Of a stretch of 64,000 nucleotides of DNA, positions 12,601 to 25,800 are shown piece after piece; the stretch's first letter is position 1; each line of letters begins with the position of its first letter. A program made the translations under genes and the position numbers. This DNA comes from Convolutriloba macropyga (lineage: Eukaryota): assembly GCF_964194025.1 (NCBI RefSeq), contig NC_134472.1, positions 2,108,001 to 2,172,000 on the forward strand, read 5' to 3'. The notes under the pieces are model-generated. The model was not told where the DNA came from. It worked only from the letters and a program-made list of their open reading frames with translations, and did no database searches.

Positions 12601-15110
12601 GAACTTGATTTTCAGCCAAGTGTCAAAGTTCAGAGCACCATTTCGTTCAGAGCACCATTCCGTCAAAGAAGAAGAGAGCCCAATTGTTTTCGTCAATACC
12701 AGAGTTCTGCCCAACAATGGATGTTACTCCCCTCTATATCGCCTCAACAAAAAGCATTGGCCGAAGTATTCTCATCGGCCCAATTATCACTAGTAGAGCA
12801 GCGTCTGCAACACGATAACAGAACTTTGGATCTCATCAATGGACCGTCATCAAATCTTCGACCGTAAGAGTATTCGCCTACGTCTAATTATTCACTCAAC
12901 GACGATAAGATTGATTAAGAACATTTTTAATCAAAAAACCACAGTGAGCCAAAAACTGTGTCCCATCATTCAATTACATATCGAAAACCAAAAACACAGT
13001 TTCGGTCAAAGAAAAGCAAGGAGATATTAAGCCACACTCACATGACAAGAACCAGCAATCTCTGCATCTACAGCACAACTGCCAAGACCAATCTCTGAAC
13101 AGTTTTTTGGAAATGTCAGTCGTTTTAAATTACCAAGAAATCCCTTCTGAAAAATCAAATTTTGTCAAAGAGGATCAAGAACCACCGCATCAGCAGCTCA
13201 TCTTCTGTCAATTTTCAGCTAACCATTTAGGGGGGACAATTTCCACCAACCATAATTCTTTTATCAGAGTAGCCACAAAGATCCATCCCCACAGCCAACC
13301 TTACATCCCCTTAGTCAAGCAGCAGAGAGTTTACCGCACCAGTTCTCTCACTGTTTTTCTTTCTTTCTCTTCGAGTCAACCACAATTCAGTCAATAAAGG
13401 AAACATAAAACAATCTTTGAAACAGTTTAATCAAACAGCCAATGAAATACATTCAATCCCCACACACTTGGTTCCGCAGTCTTGTATTTTTCTTTCAACA
13501 TCATAGGAACATACATTGTCATTTGTATGGCTATTATAATTAACATCAACTGCGTCAGCCGTTCAATGAATAATATTTAGTAGAACGGCCGCAAACCGAT
13601 CCCAATTGACTGAAAACAGTTTTAAAAAAAGTCTGTTAGTCAACTACAGAGGGGTTATGAGCAGAGGGCTTATGAAATCATTTAGAGCAGTCAACAATTT
13701 TCCTATTAGTGGAAAGTAGAAGCTCAACACAAAGAAAAACACATGTGATATTTGTCTTAAACAATTGTCAGCAAATCTCTGTTCAGCAAGAATAGCCCTT
13801 CACATCATAAAACAATCACTTTTTTTGCCCGAATCAGGAACCTAATAGGATCAGCAACCCCAGAACACTCCTCCCCAATCCTACGAAGTGACGTGTCCAG
13901 CAAACATGCCAACAAAAAAATTATTTTACTCACCTATGGCCCTTCTCCGACAAAAACAAAAAAGTCATTAAATTGGTGATCGCCTTGCCAGGTCCACAAA
14001 CAAGGCCGTCAAAAATTTCATCAAAAAGATTACTAAAGCATATCCAATAGCCGAGCTAATCATCCGAGAAAGTTATTCAGGAAACCTGCAAAAACAACCC
14101 TAGATGAACGTTCTTGCTACATTTTAAACCGTTTGGATTGCTGGAGGAATCCCCAGGAAGAAGAATGTTATCGACAACCGCAAGTCGGGAACAACTCTAT
14201 GCCCATATATAAAGGGCCATTTATTAGAAGTCTTCTTCTTATTAGAAGAATCGCATTGTTGAATCTTCCATGTTCTAGTTCTCAGGTTTTTCTGTGGACA
14301 CTTTCATACCAAATATTCTTCGCAGCCGTTTCAAAAACCACATGCAGCCATTTTCAAATGTCACAAAGGCAATAATCTCGGAACCAGTGGGAGATCTAAC
14401 TAGCGGTACCATCGATACTATGAAAACATTCACCAGAGGATGTGTTGTTCCCAAGCAACCTACAGTGACAATTTGCCATAGCAACCCAAGGAGAACTCGA
14501 ATTCAGACAACCTCTTCGAGATAAAGAGTTCAAGGTCATCATCAACACTTTAGCCAGTCAAAATCAGTTTGATCTGTTTACAATACCACCTGGAATAAAC
14601 AGCAGTGACATCTATGTCGCGCTATCTTTACCGATTAGTCAAATCGACAGAATTTTCAACAACATCTCCTCTGAATTAAATTGAAGCCATCCTCAAATAT
14701 CGCCTCTAACAGCGCCATCAACAGATATCAATGGACTCCTAGCATTAGCTCTTGGACGTTTCGATATCGAATATCCAACAAAATAACACCAGAGCCATTA
14801 TCATCAAAGAAAAACATTTTGCATGACATTGGACTAACAAAATGATTCGTGAGTTCTGGAGGGATTGGAGAGCTAAATACTTGCCAGAAAATTAGCAATG
14901 GAACAAATGGAAGACATAAAAGGAACAACCAAACATTCTGGTTATGAAAGAAGACAGTACCCCACTCCCCTAAGGCGTTGGCTGCATACTCATATAACTT
15001 GGAGTTTCGACAATAATGACAACATTATTCCTGCTATAAAATTTAAAACACAAACTGACATTTTTATCAGAAAAATTGGTCGCTTAATGCACTTTCATCG
15101 AAAGTAACCC
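9700..15110 (+). mobile_element. Heavily decayed Bel/Pao LTR retrotransposon (gag, protease, RT, RNase H, integrase remnants); LTRs not recognised
   Basis: Motifs appear in Bel/Pao order across broken frames: Zn knuckle CLQFCDENHKI..CF (~10150-10260), protease MDYGSQ (10528) and LYLADKNF (~10711), RT CFYLPYNCAIKKSSTTT (~11800) and LIRFRF (~11942), RNase H IPCLEFCSA and ADSKMILRWI (12449-12580), integrase PVGDL (~14385), and a C-terminal segment at 14898-15107. Boundaries are approximate. Confidence 0.85.
10850..11908 (+). repeat. Old diverged tandem duplication (~500 bp) inside the Bel/Pao element
   Basis: 10850-11335 aligns with 11370-11908 (shared tagtggtcgg.attgagatacgac, ccttttcaaagaaga, tcaactaagtaacgca.tggagtc). 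Confidence 0.85.
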
Positions 15111-16364
15111 GAGGACCCTCCAATTAGTATGATGACACTTTCGAAACGTTTTATTTAATCAGTATTTGAAAAAAAAATTAAAACTCTTTTGACAATTTTC
15201 ACAAGAACTGATTTGTCAGTTAAACAGAATCTTTTTCATTGTACCCTCAACCGTAGTCTTAGATCAAATGAACAAACGAAGCCTGAGGATTTCAGATTTA
15301 GACGAGCTCAAGAAGGATGTGAAACGTTTAAATCTAAAAATTTTTTCCAGATTGTAACAAAAACTGTAACCAATAGTTACCACGAGCCCTAACAAAGTAA
15401 CAATATTCGTAATTTTGACCACGCAAGTTTCTTCTTCTTTTAGTTCAAAAAGTTGTAAATAGGCAGTAAAGTGCTCCTAGCAGAACTTCATTGGTAATTA
15501 AAATTGATGAAATCTTTTTAATTTCAACCTCGGCAAACTTATCTTACAATCGTTCTTCACTCTTCGACTCATTCAAAGATAATCAATTCAATAGGTTACT
15601 CTAACTATTCATTTTTTGCCAGACTCCATTTTATGTTTATGTACAAGTAGTCTTCTTAACATTGATATGCATTTGTTGTTTAGATTTTTTTGTCAGCAAT
15701 ATTCAAGTTTATTATTAATTGATGAATCTTCAGTAAGTTAAACTACTACCGCAATGTGTTGATTATTGTCTTCGTAAACATTTTTTCAAAAATATTCAAA
15801 CCAATAAAGCTTATGCTAAATCAGACCTGAATATTGATGCGTTAACAAATTTATCCTAACTGTGAAAATTGTGCAGTTACCTTCGGGGCTTTTCTTCATA
15901 TTATCCCCTTCTTTCACTTCAAATTATCCTCATATATGCTCCAGTGCGTTGTTTTGTTCGTTCATTTTCACAGAAATCGAGGATGATTAGGCATGGAACA
16001 TTTATTTTAATCGGCAGTGTTCTTAAACACATTCGTTTCATAAAAATCTTACAGAAATAAGAGCACCTTGCGAAAAAATAGATACTTTCTTAACAACTGT
16101 TATGTGTAGAGAAACCCTCCTCTTCTTTGAATTTTCATTACGCAAACTGACTTTTAGTATTTTTTGTTAGAGTTTATCTTTTAATGCACAAGCTTTTTTC
16201 GCAAAATTGATTTTGAAAAAAAAACGTTGCGCTGAATCAACATAAATGAAGTTAAAAATTTACGTGCCCGGATGGAGGTGTCACCGCTAAAAGTAGCTGA
16301 AAGATGTAATACTTGCGGCGAAACCGAGTAAAAAGTGTAAGATTTGCGCTCAATGCAATGAACC

Positions 16365-16543
16365 CGGTGAAGAAAATCTTTTCAGCGGTGATATTTTTTT
16401 TTCACGGCTTAAGCGGTGAAAGAAAATTTTTCACCACTACCAGCAGAATGCGGTGAAAAAATTTATTCAGCGCTGCCAGCAGAACACGGTGAAAAAAATT
16501 TTCATCGCTGCCAGCAGAATGCGCTGAAAAAAATTTCCATCGC
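16365..16543. repeat. Minisatellite of self-complementary ~36-38 bp units
   Basis: About five units of (GC)GGTGAAAAAATTTT-CA(C/T/G)CGCT, the later ones followed by GCCAGCAGAA. Confidence 0.85.
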
Positions 16544-16620
16544 TAAAATTGCAAATCTTACAAACATTCACTAATTTCAAAGCATATCCTAAGTTCACAG
16601 GAAATGTTATTGAAGTAAGT

Positions 16621-16686
16621 GACAGATGGCCCAGTGGAATAAGAAGTTGTTGACATGCAGGAGGTGACAGGTTGAAACCCGTGTCA
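16621..16686 (+). pseudogene. tRNA-derived sequence (SINE head or tRNA pseudogene)
   Basis: A-box-like TGGCCCAGTGG, B-box-like GGTTGAAACCC, GACA...TGTC pairing ends and a downstream T-run. Stems are imperfect, so this is not a functional tRNA. Confidence 0.5.
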
Positions 16687-16713
16687 GGCAGTTTCTTTTT
16701 TATAAGAAATCCG

Positions 16714-17230
16714 GTGTGTGTGTACGTACGTGTCTGTGTGTGTGTGTGTGTCTGTGTGTGCACTCGTTTTACCACCCCCCCCCCACCCCCCGCTCCTCCT
16801 ATTCTTGCATCGTTCCACACCCCCCATTACCCCATATTCTTGCTTCGTGTTTTACCCCTCGTTACCCCTTGTTCTTGTTTTGATTAACCCCGTTACTCGT
16901 ATTAACCCCCATTACCCCCAACACTTGCATCGGTTTACCTCTCGGTATCCCCTGTTCTTGTATTGTTTTACCCCATTACCCGTATTAGCCCCCATTAACC
17001 CTCTACTCTTGCATCACTTTACTCCCATTACACCCCTAAACTTGCGACATTTTACGCCACATTTTATGCCCATTACCCCCCATTACGCCCCTGCTCTTGC
17101 ATTGTTTTACCCCCAATTACCCCTTTACTCCTGCCTCGTTTTACCTTTCATTACACCCCCCCCCCCCACACACACACTCACTCTTGCATAGTTTTATCCT
17201 CTCCCCCTTTTTCCAAACATTCTTGCATCG
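16714..17230 (+). repeat. (GT)n microsatellite followed by a C-rich ~33-bp minisatellite
   Basis: gtgtgtgt run at 16714-16761, then repeated TTCTTGCATCGTTTTACCCCCATTACCCC-like units. Confidence 0.9.
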
Positions 17231-17299
17231 TTACGTTGTCGCTATTTTTGTAGTCTTTTGATTCAGTCCAAGTAATCAAAAGTCTCATTTGCTTTCTAA

Positions 17300-18751
17300 G
17301 TAGCTTTTAAACACACTATCTGATGCTTTAAATTGATAGCTAAAGGTTTTTCGCTACTATGACTCTATAATTATCCAAAAGTTCATTTCACATTTTTTAA
17401 TATAATGACTTTTTCGTTTATTTACGTAAATTTTGAAAAAATTTTTAATGTTATTGGACAGGCAGCAAAATCACGTTCAGTTTTGTTCTAAATAAGGAAT
17501 TTGATATTTCAGAATTCATTCGCATTGCACTATGGCTCTTTTTTATGAAAAAAAAAAAACTTTCCTGCAATCATGGCCAAAAAAAAACAATATAATTTTA
17601 GCTTATGGTTTATTGGCTTAAAAAAGTTTGTCTTAAAACATTTGTGAATTACTGGGCTGTGCCTATATTCGTTGTTTTTTTGTAGACTTTTGACTTAAAA
17701 ATCAGTAAAGTTTTTAGTAACAAGTCCATTAGGCAGTATTAAACTTTTCTGTTCGATGTGTTTTAGTTTAAAGCTTATTTTTTTACTTATGGTTTTAAAG
17801 ATCATAAAAATTTGTTCTTTTGGTTCCTTTTTTCAGATTTGCCGGTTTTTGTCTCATTTTTCTTCACCTTGTAGCGTAGTTTCATCAAATCGCAGGGTCA
17901 AATACTTTTTCAAGTGATTTAGATATTAGTCTGCTTTGGTTTTTTATAATTTGAATTAAAGTTTTTGGCATTGACATTACGAGCTTTTAAGTTCCTGTTT
18001 CTTAGTTTTCGACGATTTCTAAATTTTTGCTGTCTTGTTTGATTATCACATTTACGAAACGTCACATATAACATTAAGGGCGCTGAAAAAAGATTTGATT
18101 ATCACATTTATGAAAAGTCACATATGACATAAAGGGCGCTGAAAAAAAACGCAATATTTGATTTTTTGCTTTTTGCCTCTATGTGTTGTTTTTTGTTTTC
18201 CTAAGACAATTTTGGATAATCACTGTTCAAAATTGTTCCCTATTGAGCTATAAATTGGCTCATTGAATAATTTCAGTTGATAGCTATTGGTGTCTGAGGT
18301 TTTTCAAATTAATTGTTTTTGAAAACGTATTATTGAAATTCGCCTTGTTTGTTTTTAGCAGAGAAAAAATAATCTCTCATAAAAACCTGGTCGCATATCT
18401 TTTCTAGTAAAACGCAATATACACTTTTCCTTAGGTTTTTTAAAAAAAGGAAATAGACATTGAACTTTGATCGTAATTGAGTCTTGTTTTTGTATTTGAT
18501 TTAGTGGTGTGTCTCATCTGCTAGTCTACTAAATGACAGGTGTCATCAACCTTCTTATGAGGTTATGAGGCTCTATACACTTCGTTTATTTGTTTTAGTA
18601 CAAAGAGCTCTCTAAATGGATACACCAATCATTAAATGATACACCAAACAATAAATGGGCTTTCAAAAGTTTTCTATCTCTTCCTCATTTGGTAGGCAAT
18701 TAAGTGAAAAATGTGGTTGAGTGGCTCGGAAAATTACTGAACCGCCTTGTT
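17300..18751 (+). mobile_element. Helentron/DINE-like element, copy 2 (3' part, hairpin lost)
   Basis: 18672-18751 (ttctatctcttcctcatttggtaggcaattaag...ctcggaa...cttgtt) matches the family 3' end. It carries the same internal array units (e.g. ctggtcgcatatctttt at ~18387 vs ctggtcccatatctttt at ~6339). The start is approximate. Confidence 0.55.
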
Positions 18752-18831
18752 TAGAATTTAATCTGAAATAACTATCAGTTTTAATTCTAATAGTTTTTTG
18801 AAAAGTGTCTTTTTGAACTTTTAATTCTATA

Positions 18832-19378
18832 CTCACTAAATTTACCCTAAATGGAGTTAAGGTAGACTGTTGTTAAGATTAAGTTAGTGTAAAGTTGACC
18901 TTAACTTTGCCTTTGTTTGAGTTAAAGTAAAAATTTGTCCTCACCTTGTTAATGTAATTTTACACTAAACTTATCGTAACTTTTCTTGTAACGTTCTGTA
19001 GTCAATAGTTTGTCAGTAGAATTAACAAACCAAATGTTGATGCTTGCTAAAAACAAGATTGTCTGGAGGAAAGAGAATTCTGATGCTAAGATGATGTTTC
19101 GGTATTTTTTCAGGTTTTTTTACCTTAAGTTATGTACGAAAATTTGCAAGTTTTCCAGGTAAGTTTAGTTAATTTACCGTAAAGGGTTCAGGTGTCTTTT
19201 TCAGGTAAACTTGAAGTATTTTCAGTTAAAAGTTCAGGCGGTGCTTCCTTAATTTTTCGGATATTTTTCGGGCAGAAGTCAGATAAGGTAAGGCAAATTC
19301 ACGTAACAAATCTACCTCAACGTTTAAGGTAATTTAAGGTGTTTTTCGGTTAAAATTAACTGAAAATTGTTTATTGTG
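18832..19378 (+). mobile_element. Non-autonomous CAC...GTG-ended TIR element (CMC/EnSpm-like) with TTACCT/AGGTAA subterminal repeats, copy X
   Basis: The left ~110 bp is the reverse complement of 20775-20902. The right ~280 bp is the reverse complement of 19722-20010. No clean TSD. Confidence 0.6.
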
Positions 19379-19721
19379 CAGCATGTTTCTTACATAATTT
19401 TAGTCCAACCAGGACTAATTACAAAACACTTTTTCTTTCTTTTTTCAAACTGCTAAGCATTGTAAACCTTTGATTTCTTAGTGTTGTGAATTCGTGAAAG
19501 ACAGTCAATAAGAATTCATTACTTTAATCGAATAATTTATTTTCTAAGTTTTGTACGATGACATCTTTATTTCAGCGGCTTTCAGCGCTTTTCTAAAAGA
19601 ATTTATAGCAAACACGTTAAGCCTGTTCTATTTTGAGAAAAAGAAGTGTACCGATTTCCCAAAAAAAAAATAAAAAAGAACACAAAACCTCTATTAAAAA
19701 AGCTTTTCGTTTACTTCAATT

Positions 19722-20902
19722 CACACTTAAAAGAATTCAGGTAAGTTTATCTAAAAAAAACACATTAACTGAAACGTTCAGTTAGTTTTACCTTGCCTGA
19801 ACTTACCATTATTACCTTAAATTTACCTGAAAAATACCTGAAAAATTAAGGCGGCACCGCTTAAATTTTTACCTGAGCATACCATAAATTTATCTGAAAA
19901 ACAACCTGAACAGTTGTGGTAAAATTACCGGAACTTACCTTAAAAACTTACAGAATTTACCTGAAAATTTAATGTAAAAACCTCAATACCTTAAAAATAC
20001 CTGAAATTCACCTTTTTTTATAAATAATTTTATTTTAAACTGAAATTTTAAGGTAAATAAATTTAGTTAAAGTAAATTTACTTTGAAAATTAAGGTTAAA
20101 ATTAAGGTGTTTTTAAGGTAAGTTAAAGCTAAGCGCAAAACGAGCGATCAAAATTTTTACGTCTTTTAGGCATATGGTCCTGTTTAACCTACTACTGCAA
20201 ATTGGTTTGTTTTGTATTTGAGCCATATTTAACAGTTTTTGTGACTGGAGTCAATGAAATGTCTTAATTCAAGAGAGAAAAATTGTGCAATTAATTTTAT
20301 TTGAAAAACTGAAAATCACTGAAGGCTCTTTTTTGACCTTTTACAGTGCTTACCAAATTATTCACATCTAATGAGGACAGAATGAACCAATAAAACGATC
20401 ATTTATCATTTTTTGGGAAACGAGTCTTTCAAAGACGTTATCGATTGTAAAGTCGATATGAAGCTTTCTATTTAGGCTCGAGAAAAATTGATTCCAGGAA
20501 TATAATTTGCAGACAAATGTTTGATTTTTAATCATGTGTTATGTTCATTAGGAGTTCCCTTCCGGTATAGAAAGGTTTTTATAGGATGGGAAGTCTGACA
20601 AAATTGACCATTTACAGTTTTCCCCTTGAAAGAAAGTTCGGGTTTTTGGATCACTTTTTTAATCGTTTAGTTCATATGTGCTTTTTGTTACGCAGGCCTA
20701 ACTTATTTGGTAATTTTACTGCAGAAAGTTACAAAAGAAAGTTAAAATAATATAAGGTAATATTACCTGAAAAAAGTTAAGGTAAATTTTTACCTTAACT
20801 CAAGCTAAGGTAAAGTTAAAGTGAACTTCACCTTAACTTTACCTTAACAACGGTTTACCTTAACTCCGTTAAGGTAAAAGTACCTGAACTTTATTTAGTG
20901 TG
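19722..20902 (-). mobile_element. Same CAC...GTG family, longer copy Y, inverted relative to copy X
   Basis: Termini are CACACT (19722) and AGTGTG (20902), with dense TTACCT(G/T)A repeats at both ends. Confidence 0.6.
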
Positions 20903-22564
20903 TGATACTCTGAATTAAATGACATTTATTGTGACCGTTTCCCGCGAGTTTGTTTCCCGAAACGGCGTTGTAGTCAAGTAGATATGAAATCAGGATACAC
21001 GATTGCAAGGAAACATTTTTATCGTTTGAAGTACACTATTAGGAGCTGGTTTGACTATTTAAATCTCATTAAAATATAAATCCAAGTTTTTGCATATTAG
21101 GTTGAAGATTTTATAATTGCATTGGATCAGCCAATACTCTTTCTAAAAAATGAAACAAGAAAGTGCAAAATCTACTAACCAATTGAAGGTCAGATGTGAG
21201 CAAGAGTATTACATGCCATTTTTATTCTCAATCAACTTAATGAAACATTGTTATGAGTAATAACTATGGCAGAAACCCCCAAATAACGTAGTCTTCATCC
21301 TCATACGTATCTTCGTAAGTAGTGAAGTATTTTTCACACATAGCTGAGAATCGTGGGTTTGAATTGCTTTTTGTGGCATACAGTGGAAAAATTGTCCATT
21401 TTCTCACTATAAGTTAGAAGAAAGAGAGATCGATTGTGTCGTGATTCTATTTTGTGATTGACATAAAGACTTTTTCAGGCACAGTCTGTGAAAATTTTGC
21501 CAATTTTTAAAACAAATTTGAACCTCTAATACAAGATCTAATGTTGTTCCCAAAAATTTTTTGAAGTGATCATAAGTTACGAGGTGTTTGTAATTTGTCT
21601 AAGGGGTTACCCCAAACAAGAGCAGCCTGATTAAGTAAATCACACGTGAAATCACATGTTTTCTATCCATATAAAAATCTATATTTGCTACAACTTAAAG
21701 GATTATTTAAAATGAAGTCATTTCTGTTTCACTGTCATTGCACAAGTTCCAACGCTCTAAAGGTTTGGCTCTAAAAGTTTATAATTAATTTCTGGGTGTT
21801 GTGCACGATATCGGTTCTTGATAATATCAAAGGATGCGCAATCAATAGCTGCGAAAGGATTTGGCCGCAAAACTGAATGTTGTGCAGATAAAAATGACGT
21901 AGATAAATTTAATGCTTATTTGAGGATTTGGGCGAAGTCTGGAAGAAACCCAGCGGAAAGATAATGGAAATAGTTTTTCCTTGTTTGTAAAAAGGAAAAT
22001 TTGAGAAAGAGAACAGAACCAAACAAAAAACATGAGACAGGCATAAGATACACCTACAAAAACAAAACAAAATCCGAAAAGTGCTTCGTTAGATAAAGTT
22101 AACCACATGCAACGAAAAACAGACGAAATCAATATAACAAAGTATTTCGAAATTTTTGCCGCACAAAAATAAAGCACTCGTTTCTTCCCCGAGCATAAAA
22201 GTTGCCAAGCCTCTTGCTGGTGCCGGTGTTTTAATTGATTCTGGAGCATCAAAAGCAGAAAACTTTCCTTGAATATGAGGAAAATTTTATTAGGATCATC
22301 TAGAAAGCCAGCAAACTGCAATCTCTAAAGTTAGGAAAAAGCACTCTGTAATTCTCTGCAAAAGACAAATATACGGTTTAAAAATTTATTTTTCTTGGAA
22401 ATATCTATCTTGGTCATAGAAAAACCACGAATTTGATGGCAGTTCTCAGGTTAATGCGCCCAGAAAAGATGTCCATTGAGTTATAAACTAGAAACTAGTT
22501 TCATTGGAACTTCTTGGAATTTTAATTTGGAAAACAATTTCAGAAGTTGATACTTTGTAATCTC

Positions 22565-22752
22565 ACTTAAGAAACGTTTTCTTTTATCTTTTTCGTTTGT
22601 GCCCTCCCCCTAGTACGTTATGCACCCCTAGTTATGGAGCACGTGTCATTACATACTAAATAATTACGTGAAAACTGGCACGTGCGTCTCAGGGGTGCAA
22701 ATAATATGGAGCTGGTAAGCTGGGGCCCAAACAGAAAAGATCCCGCTTTTTA
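22565..22752. mobile_element. MITE-like inverted repeat
   Basis: Nested arm pairs: atctttttcgtttgtgccc / gggcccaaacagaaaagat, tgcacccct / aggggtgca, and gcacgtgtca / tggcacgtgc. Confidence 0.65.
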
Positions 22753-22829
22753 ATGCTGAAGTTTATAAAACAGGAATCCGAAAGAGACTCAGGTAATTTA
22801 AGTTAACTTGAAAACTTCGTATAATTAAA

Positions 22830-25800
22830 GGAGATGAGAATGGATAACTTGGAGCTCAAGCGTTGTGATATTTGCGACTTGGCCTCCGAAAGCAATCAGT
22901 TTTGTTTTAACAAAAACAAAAGATCCCTCGTTGCAATGGCAGATATAATGTTGTTACTTTGAGGTTTATTTGATTTTTGTGAATTTACGCTTGAAAGAGT
23001 GGCTTTCAAATTCAACAGATGTCAAGCAAAAACAACTATTGGCCAAGAACACGCGACGTTCTGATTTCTTACTGATGTTAGGGGACTCCTTGAGGCGCTG
23101 AATTTCAGCTGTCAACTCTTGCTGTTTAGTTACAAAGGCATTCGTTTTATGTAATACCACCTTCAGTAGCTCTTGAGTGGCTGGTAATCTCGCAGATATT
23201 TTCTGTTTTTACGTTAGACCACTAATACTAATTGTCAAAGGTATGGATACAGAGGATTTCATTGAAACTAGTGTTGTTGAAATGCTTGTGAAGCCAAGAG
23301 AACACCGAAACTCTAAACCATCCAACATCACTCCTTTTGTTATAGAAAGTCTAAAAATCGGTTCGGATATAATTATTGTACAGGGCCTACAGGAGACATA
23401 CAAACACATAGACCTCATTGATCCTGAGACTTTATCCTACAAAAGCATTGAGATGAAACTCGGACAGATTGTCTATCATGCTATCCGCCCGTTAGAAGCG
23501 TTCAACTGTTGATGTAAGTTAACCCATAGGTGGATCTTATGCGGTCCGTTAACATTCAATTTGGGTTTAACCTCAACGTTATTTAATGTGAATATTGAAC
23601 AAGATAGAGAGCTGGCAAACCAGGTAAACGATGTTACGATATGGAGCCGTTTGGAGCCAGCAGACAAATTGATCCGCGTTACGCAGCGGATGCACGGGCT
23701 GTTGATTTTTCAGTAAATATCACAATGCACGACGGCCGAAAGTAAATATTCGGAATGCTGTGAGCGGCAGACATCACCCAGCTCCAGAATAATTTATTCT
23801 CCTCCCTTAAGCAACCTAAGTCCATTGAAAAACAACTGGTCAAAGTTGAAGACATGTGGGAGAAAAATAACAGAACCATCACACAATATTTGAATAAAAT
23901 TTTTGTAATCGAGGTTCCCGACGCTCACACACTTGAGAACCAGTCCGATAAGGAGTTGAACCCACTCCAATATCCGGTTGTAAACACGAAAAAACAAGGG
24001 GAGTTGCATAGGGTTCGGATGGGGAAAATTTCAAGATGCCTCGTTGAAAAAGTCCAATGCTCACTGCCCCTACTCTACTCTTAATCCTCATTTGTGTACT
24101 TCTTTGCTTTCAACAACAGCCATTTGCCGAAATCGAGGGAATGTTTCTACAGGTTGGCGTATTACTCTCGGATTAATCATCGCCTCGTTTTTTGGTGGGT
24201 AGTGTATAAATACACGAACCAAATCTTCGGGGCTAGAGTTTTGTCCACTTTCGCTGATTATGCACTACAACGCACGCGAGGGGTCATGCCAAATTTTACC
24301 CCGAAGCTGCAACGTTGTCGTTGGAAGATTTTACATGGACCCTTAACTTCACTCATAAGAGTCTCCTGTGAAAGCCATCAATAGATCGAAGGAATTTGTT
24401 CATTCTCTTTATCTCTGTGGGCTCAAACCTACAAACCCTGAAGCAATGTATCAAATCCGGCTGTTGGAATTTATTATTCGACTCAATCTACTGAAACAAG
24501 TTTTATTTTTCATTTCAAGAAGACTCATTGCACGTGGTTTGGCAAGAATGGGACCACACTAACGATACCTTAGTTGTGAATAGGGGAGGCAGCAGCGCCA
24601 TTGCCAAGTCACTCACAACAGCGCTTGGTCTTAAGTCTAGTTTCGAAAGCATTTGATCCCATTGATCTCGTTGCTCCTTTTACCGTTGGTGCTCTACTAC
24701 TCTTATAAGATATCTGGCGTGTAAAAGGACAGTATTAGGATGATAAGCTCCCGTAAGACAAGTTTCATGGTTTTGTCTGGTAGTCCGGACCAACCGAAGC
24801 TTGAAATTATCAAAATCCCCTGAGGTTAGTTTACTGGACCGTTTGATAATCTAGAGTTGCAAATGTTTGGCGGAAATTCACGGGACATTTTCCACACTGG
24901 TGCATTCCGGCGAACCCGAGCTCGAATCACGTCTCCAACTGGCAGGAAAAAAACAGCTTGCTTTTTTATTGAGAAAAACATGCGTTGCGCCAGGGAAATT
25001 GACAATGGACCCAAAACTAGAATTGCAAGCAGCTCTAGTTGCCTATAAGCTGAAACTTTTCTGGCACTTACTGTAACTGCTAACAAAGTACTCATGCAGA
25101 CTGACAGCACGACCCTTCCTCAATGGAATTACTCTGATGAAAAGCAGCCAATCTGTTTTGCAAACCCCATTTTTAGAATTTTGTAATATACCAGCGTTGA
25201 TCAATAGAACAACGTAGCAACTAAGGATAATCCAGCTGAGAATGGCCACAATGCCATGTTTTTTGTTTAAGCAGCTATCTCAAAGGTCCATTTTTCTTAG
25301 GTACCACAGGTTTTCCCTTCGCACCAAACAATGACGTCATCAATACAGCCCAACTTGGCTTCAGGAAAGCTGTTGTCATTAAAGACACTGTATCTTTGTC
25401 TGCATCTGTTAAAAAATCAGTAAACCCCCGTCGTTATACCCGTTTGCTGTGTTCAGTTCTTCTAAATAATTATTTGCGCATTGCTGCATACGTTCTCCGA
25501 CTTTTTCCAAATAAGGCCGACTACCGTAAACTCGATTATGACTGAGCCTACTGAGCTTGATGAAACAAAATATAATCTGCAGTACTTGGTGCATGCAGAG
25601 GTTTTTGAAACCGAAAGCACGAATCTGCTTGACAACGCCCGTAACACCCGTTACAGCACCACTCTTTCCTTAACACCCGTAAGAGCTGATCCTACCATTT
25701 TAAATGCTATAACGCACAATCGCTTTCTAAGGAGAAACTTCTACCTGTATCTTGTCTCTCGTTTGTAAAAAAGAATTTGGTCAACAATAAAGTCACGTCA

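Noticed and set aside
16365-16543. CRISPR-like appearance of palindromic repeats
   Set aside because: The linkers are constant rather than unique spacers, there are no cas genes, and the context is eukaryotic.
16467-17191. ORFs of 117, 71 and 157 aa (HT/VC/P-rich)
   Set aside because: These are translations of the GT microsatellite and C-rich minisatellite.
21842-22321. 159-aa hydrophobic minus-strand ORF
   Set aside because: The F/L-rich composition reflects the A-rich opposite strand. There are no motifs or splice support. The 21-22.5 kb region may be a decayed TE but cannot be assigned.
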